Positions 61,369-64,000 of a stretch of DNA of 64,000 nt are shown here, piece by piece (the first letter of the stretch is position 1; every line of letters starts with the position of its first letter). This stretch comes from Batkoa obscura. Taxonomy: Eukaryota. The stretch lies in NCBI GenBank assembly GCA_030770535.1, contig JASVEC010000003.1, positions 496,001 to 560,000 of the forward strand, in the 5' to 3' direction. Under the pieces are notes generated by a model. It did not search any database, was not told the DNA's origin, and saw only the letters and a program-made list of their open reading frames with translations. The translations under genes and the position numbers were made by a program.

Positions 61369-62609
61369 TATTAAATAAAGAAATGATTATTAAATGAATA
61401 AGGGGGTTAGTATAGGGTAGTCGAAGTAGCTACAAGTTTTGAGAATAAAACTTAGATGAAAGATTGAATTAAAATTTAATAATTATAATTAAGGTTGAAT
61501 TAATTGGGATAAATTTTACTATTTGTTAAATAAATGTTAGCAAAATCTAAACACGTTCCCCTCCCAACTTGCAAAATGGTAAATGGATAACAATAACGGT
61601 AATTTAGATACTATTTCGATTGGATAGCGCTCAACATTAGGACTATGATTGGCTGAGAGATGAAGATGATCTAATTTTCTAAATGGGTGAGCCCCAACTC
61701 ATTCCATTCCAAATAAACCTACTGCTATCTGGATTAACCAATCAAAAGGATAAATGTTTTAAAATGTTTAATATTGAAACTAAATCCATCAAATTATCAA
61801 TGCTATATTAAATACTATTAGCCACTTTTTATAATAAAATAAAGGGTTTTTTAATATTAAGGTTAAATCAAGATCTTTGATTTTTTGAGTTAATTAGATA
61901 CGCTTTATTTAATGTATTATTATTTTTTAATAAAAATAAAAGATGGTTTTGTTATTATTAAACGTTCAAAAATTGCCCCTAAATTTTGTTCGCTTTGATT
62001 AAAATATTCTCATTGCGCATATTTTTTCTATTTTTATAGCGTATTGCTTGCTCAAGAGTAATTGTTTTATCTTTATTTTTATTATTATGTGACTTTTACT
62101 ACAGCTTTTATCTTTATTTAGTATTTCTGAGTTGAAATATTTTGTTTTTTACATTATTATATCATATTAATATGACAATTTATTTAATTAAAACCTTTTT
62201 ATATAGTAAAATTTCATCTTAAAGTGCCACTAAACAAAAGTTTAGCAGAAAGTTTTACAAACTATTAACTTTAACTGAAAATTACCATTACAAGAACTAC
62301 TCTATATTATCAAGAAAGTACTAATAGTAATGATAACAAATAATGTAAAATCATTAATTATTAATCAAAAAAGTGGTGAAATAAAAGTTATAGAACTATG
62401 AAAACACGAACTTTGTAGCTTGTTTATTAATCTTCCCTAAATTTAAACCTGTTCAATTTAATCTTATTATGATTCAAACTTATTTTTATAATAATGATAA
62501 GAATGATATTAAAAATAATACATTACATTCTCTAATGAACTTTTAATTAATTGTAAACTATATTTTATTTTATTTTTCAATTAATGTATAATAAATGATA
62601 TTTCATATC

Positions 62610-62995
62610 CGATTTTCTATACAGAAGAAAATGTGCTATAGTCAATAAAGTTATCCTAAAAACGATAGCAGATCACAGCATTATAGTTAGATAATATGGC
62701 CCAAAAAATGGCGTACATTAAACAGGTATCTTGATAGTTTTAACAATATTTCAAAACAAAGTCTACAAGTTCAAAAATTTTCCGGAGGAAATTATTTTAA
62801 TTTATCTATAATTATTTTAATTCGTACTATATTATCCTATATTTTGTTCACTTTTGCTTAATTATTGTTAAAAATTCTCAAAACAGCTGTTCAATGTATG
62901 CCACTTTTTGGACCGTATTATCTAAATGGAAATGCTATTTGTTGCCATTTAACAATAAATTCTTGGACACAATTTAAAACTGAATAGTAAAACGA
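62610..62995. repeat. Long imperfect inverted repeat (foldback/MITE-like relic)
   Basis: 62687-62750 TTAGATAATATGGCCCAAAAAATGGCGTACATTAAACAG.. matches the reverse complement of 62860-62925 (TTAGATAATACGGTCCAAAAAGTGGCATACATTGAACAG..); weaker similarity extends outward. Confidence 0.7.
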
Positions 62996-63097
62996 AATCT
63001 TCAGACTTCAAAAACAGTAATCAACAAAATGTTTTAAATTACTTCAAAAGATGTAAAATTTCAACTGACCTCTATATGTATTATCTTTTAAATATTT

Positions 63098-63195
63098 AGG
63101 GATGTTTTTTTGGTTTCATCACTTTTTCTATTTTTCAAGCGTTATTTAAATGGAAAGATTGTTAGTAAAATCCTTAAACAAAAAAATACATCCCC
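63098..63195 (+). mobile_element. ~98-bp MITE, copy 7 (TSD ATTT)
   Basis: ATTT at 63094-63097 and 63196-63199. Confidence 0.87.
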
Positions 63196-63427
63196 ATTTA
63201 TTATATCTTATTCTAACTATTTAAGAGCTCTGGTTATTAATAGTTTTGATATATACTTTTAAAATTTATAAATTATATTAAGCATACACTTTTTATTATT
63301 TTAATTATTATAATAAATGTTACTATATAAAAAAGCAATGACATTTTTGTAATTTATAACCTTAACTAAATAAATTTTACTATTTATAATGAAAACTCTT
63401 TACTTTTTTAAATAAATATAAAGATAT

Positions 63428-63526
63428 GTGGATGTATTTTTTTGTTTAAGAATTTTACTAACAATCTTTCCATTTAAATAACGCTTGAAAAATAGAAAAA
63501 GTGATGAAGCCAAAAAAAACACCCTT
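63428..63526 (-). mobile_element. ~98-bp MITE, copy 8
   Basis: ATAT at 63424-63427 and 63527-63530; shares variants with copy 7. Confidence 0.87.
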
Positions 63527-64000
63527 ATATGTTTTAATTTTTTAGCTTTACAAAGTGATAAATAGCAATTTATTTAAACAAGATAGTATCTAAATTTACT
63601 TTTATATGTTATTATTCAGCACATAGTTTCGAGGTAAAAATGAAAACCAACTTTGATTTGTTATTATTCTTTTAGAAAAAAGTATATTATCTATATATAT
63701 ATATGGTAGTAATAAAGTATATTAAGTTATAATTAAAATTAAAAATTAAACCTTTATCTCAGCAATAAACCTATTAACAACCCTTTTAATTATTAAAAAG
63801 TATAAAAAAGAATAGAAACCAAGTTACAAAGAGGAGTATAAGAACAAGTATTACAAATATAATATTCCATTCCTTTCTGAATATTTTAACTTCTATTTTC
63901 TTTTTTACCAATAAATAAAACACAACGGATGCTATCAAATTAACTACACTTAAATATTTAAAAATCCCTAATACAATCCCATAATCTTTAGCTTTATCTT

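Overview
A very AT-rich, gene-dense eukaryotic (fungal) chromosome segment with short (~40-90 nt) GT-AG introns. By inference it comes from an early-diverging fungus, e.g. Entomophthoromycotina-like. It holds 19 protein genes: FHIP/FAM160-like, RPA1, an RCC1-repeat protein, an HDHD3-like HAD hydrolase, DHH1, CSN12/PCID2-like, an MFS transporter, DEF1-like, TFIIA large subunit, PRP4 kinase, MSH6, two alpha-tubulins flanking dynactin p62, BRR2, a RasGEF, a secreted GDSL esterase, PRP2/DHX16, RRP15 and a KIN4-like kinase. There are also tRNA-Pro(UGG) and tRNA-Lys(UUU) genes. The most informative structure is non-coding. (1) Upstream of tRNA-Pro is a four-insertion nest of three related solo-LTR-like elements (TG..CA ends, 5-bp TSDs) and a MITE. 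(2) A ~98-bp MITE family has 8 clear and 2-3 decayed copies; a paralogous empty site and an ATTT/ATTT copy point to a 4-bp AWWT target duplication. (3) A ~560-nt hairpin-dense candidate ncRNA lies between CSN12 and tRNA-Pro. Exon boundaries were traced by eye and are approximate, and no database searches were run.
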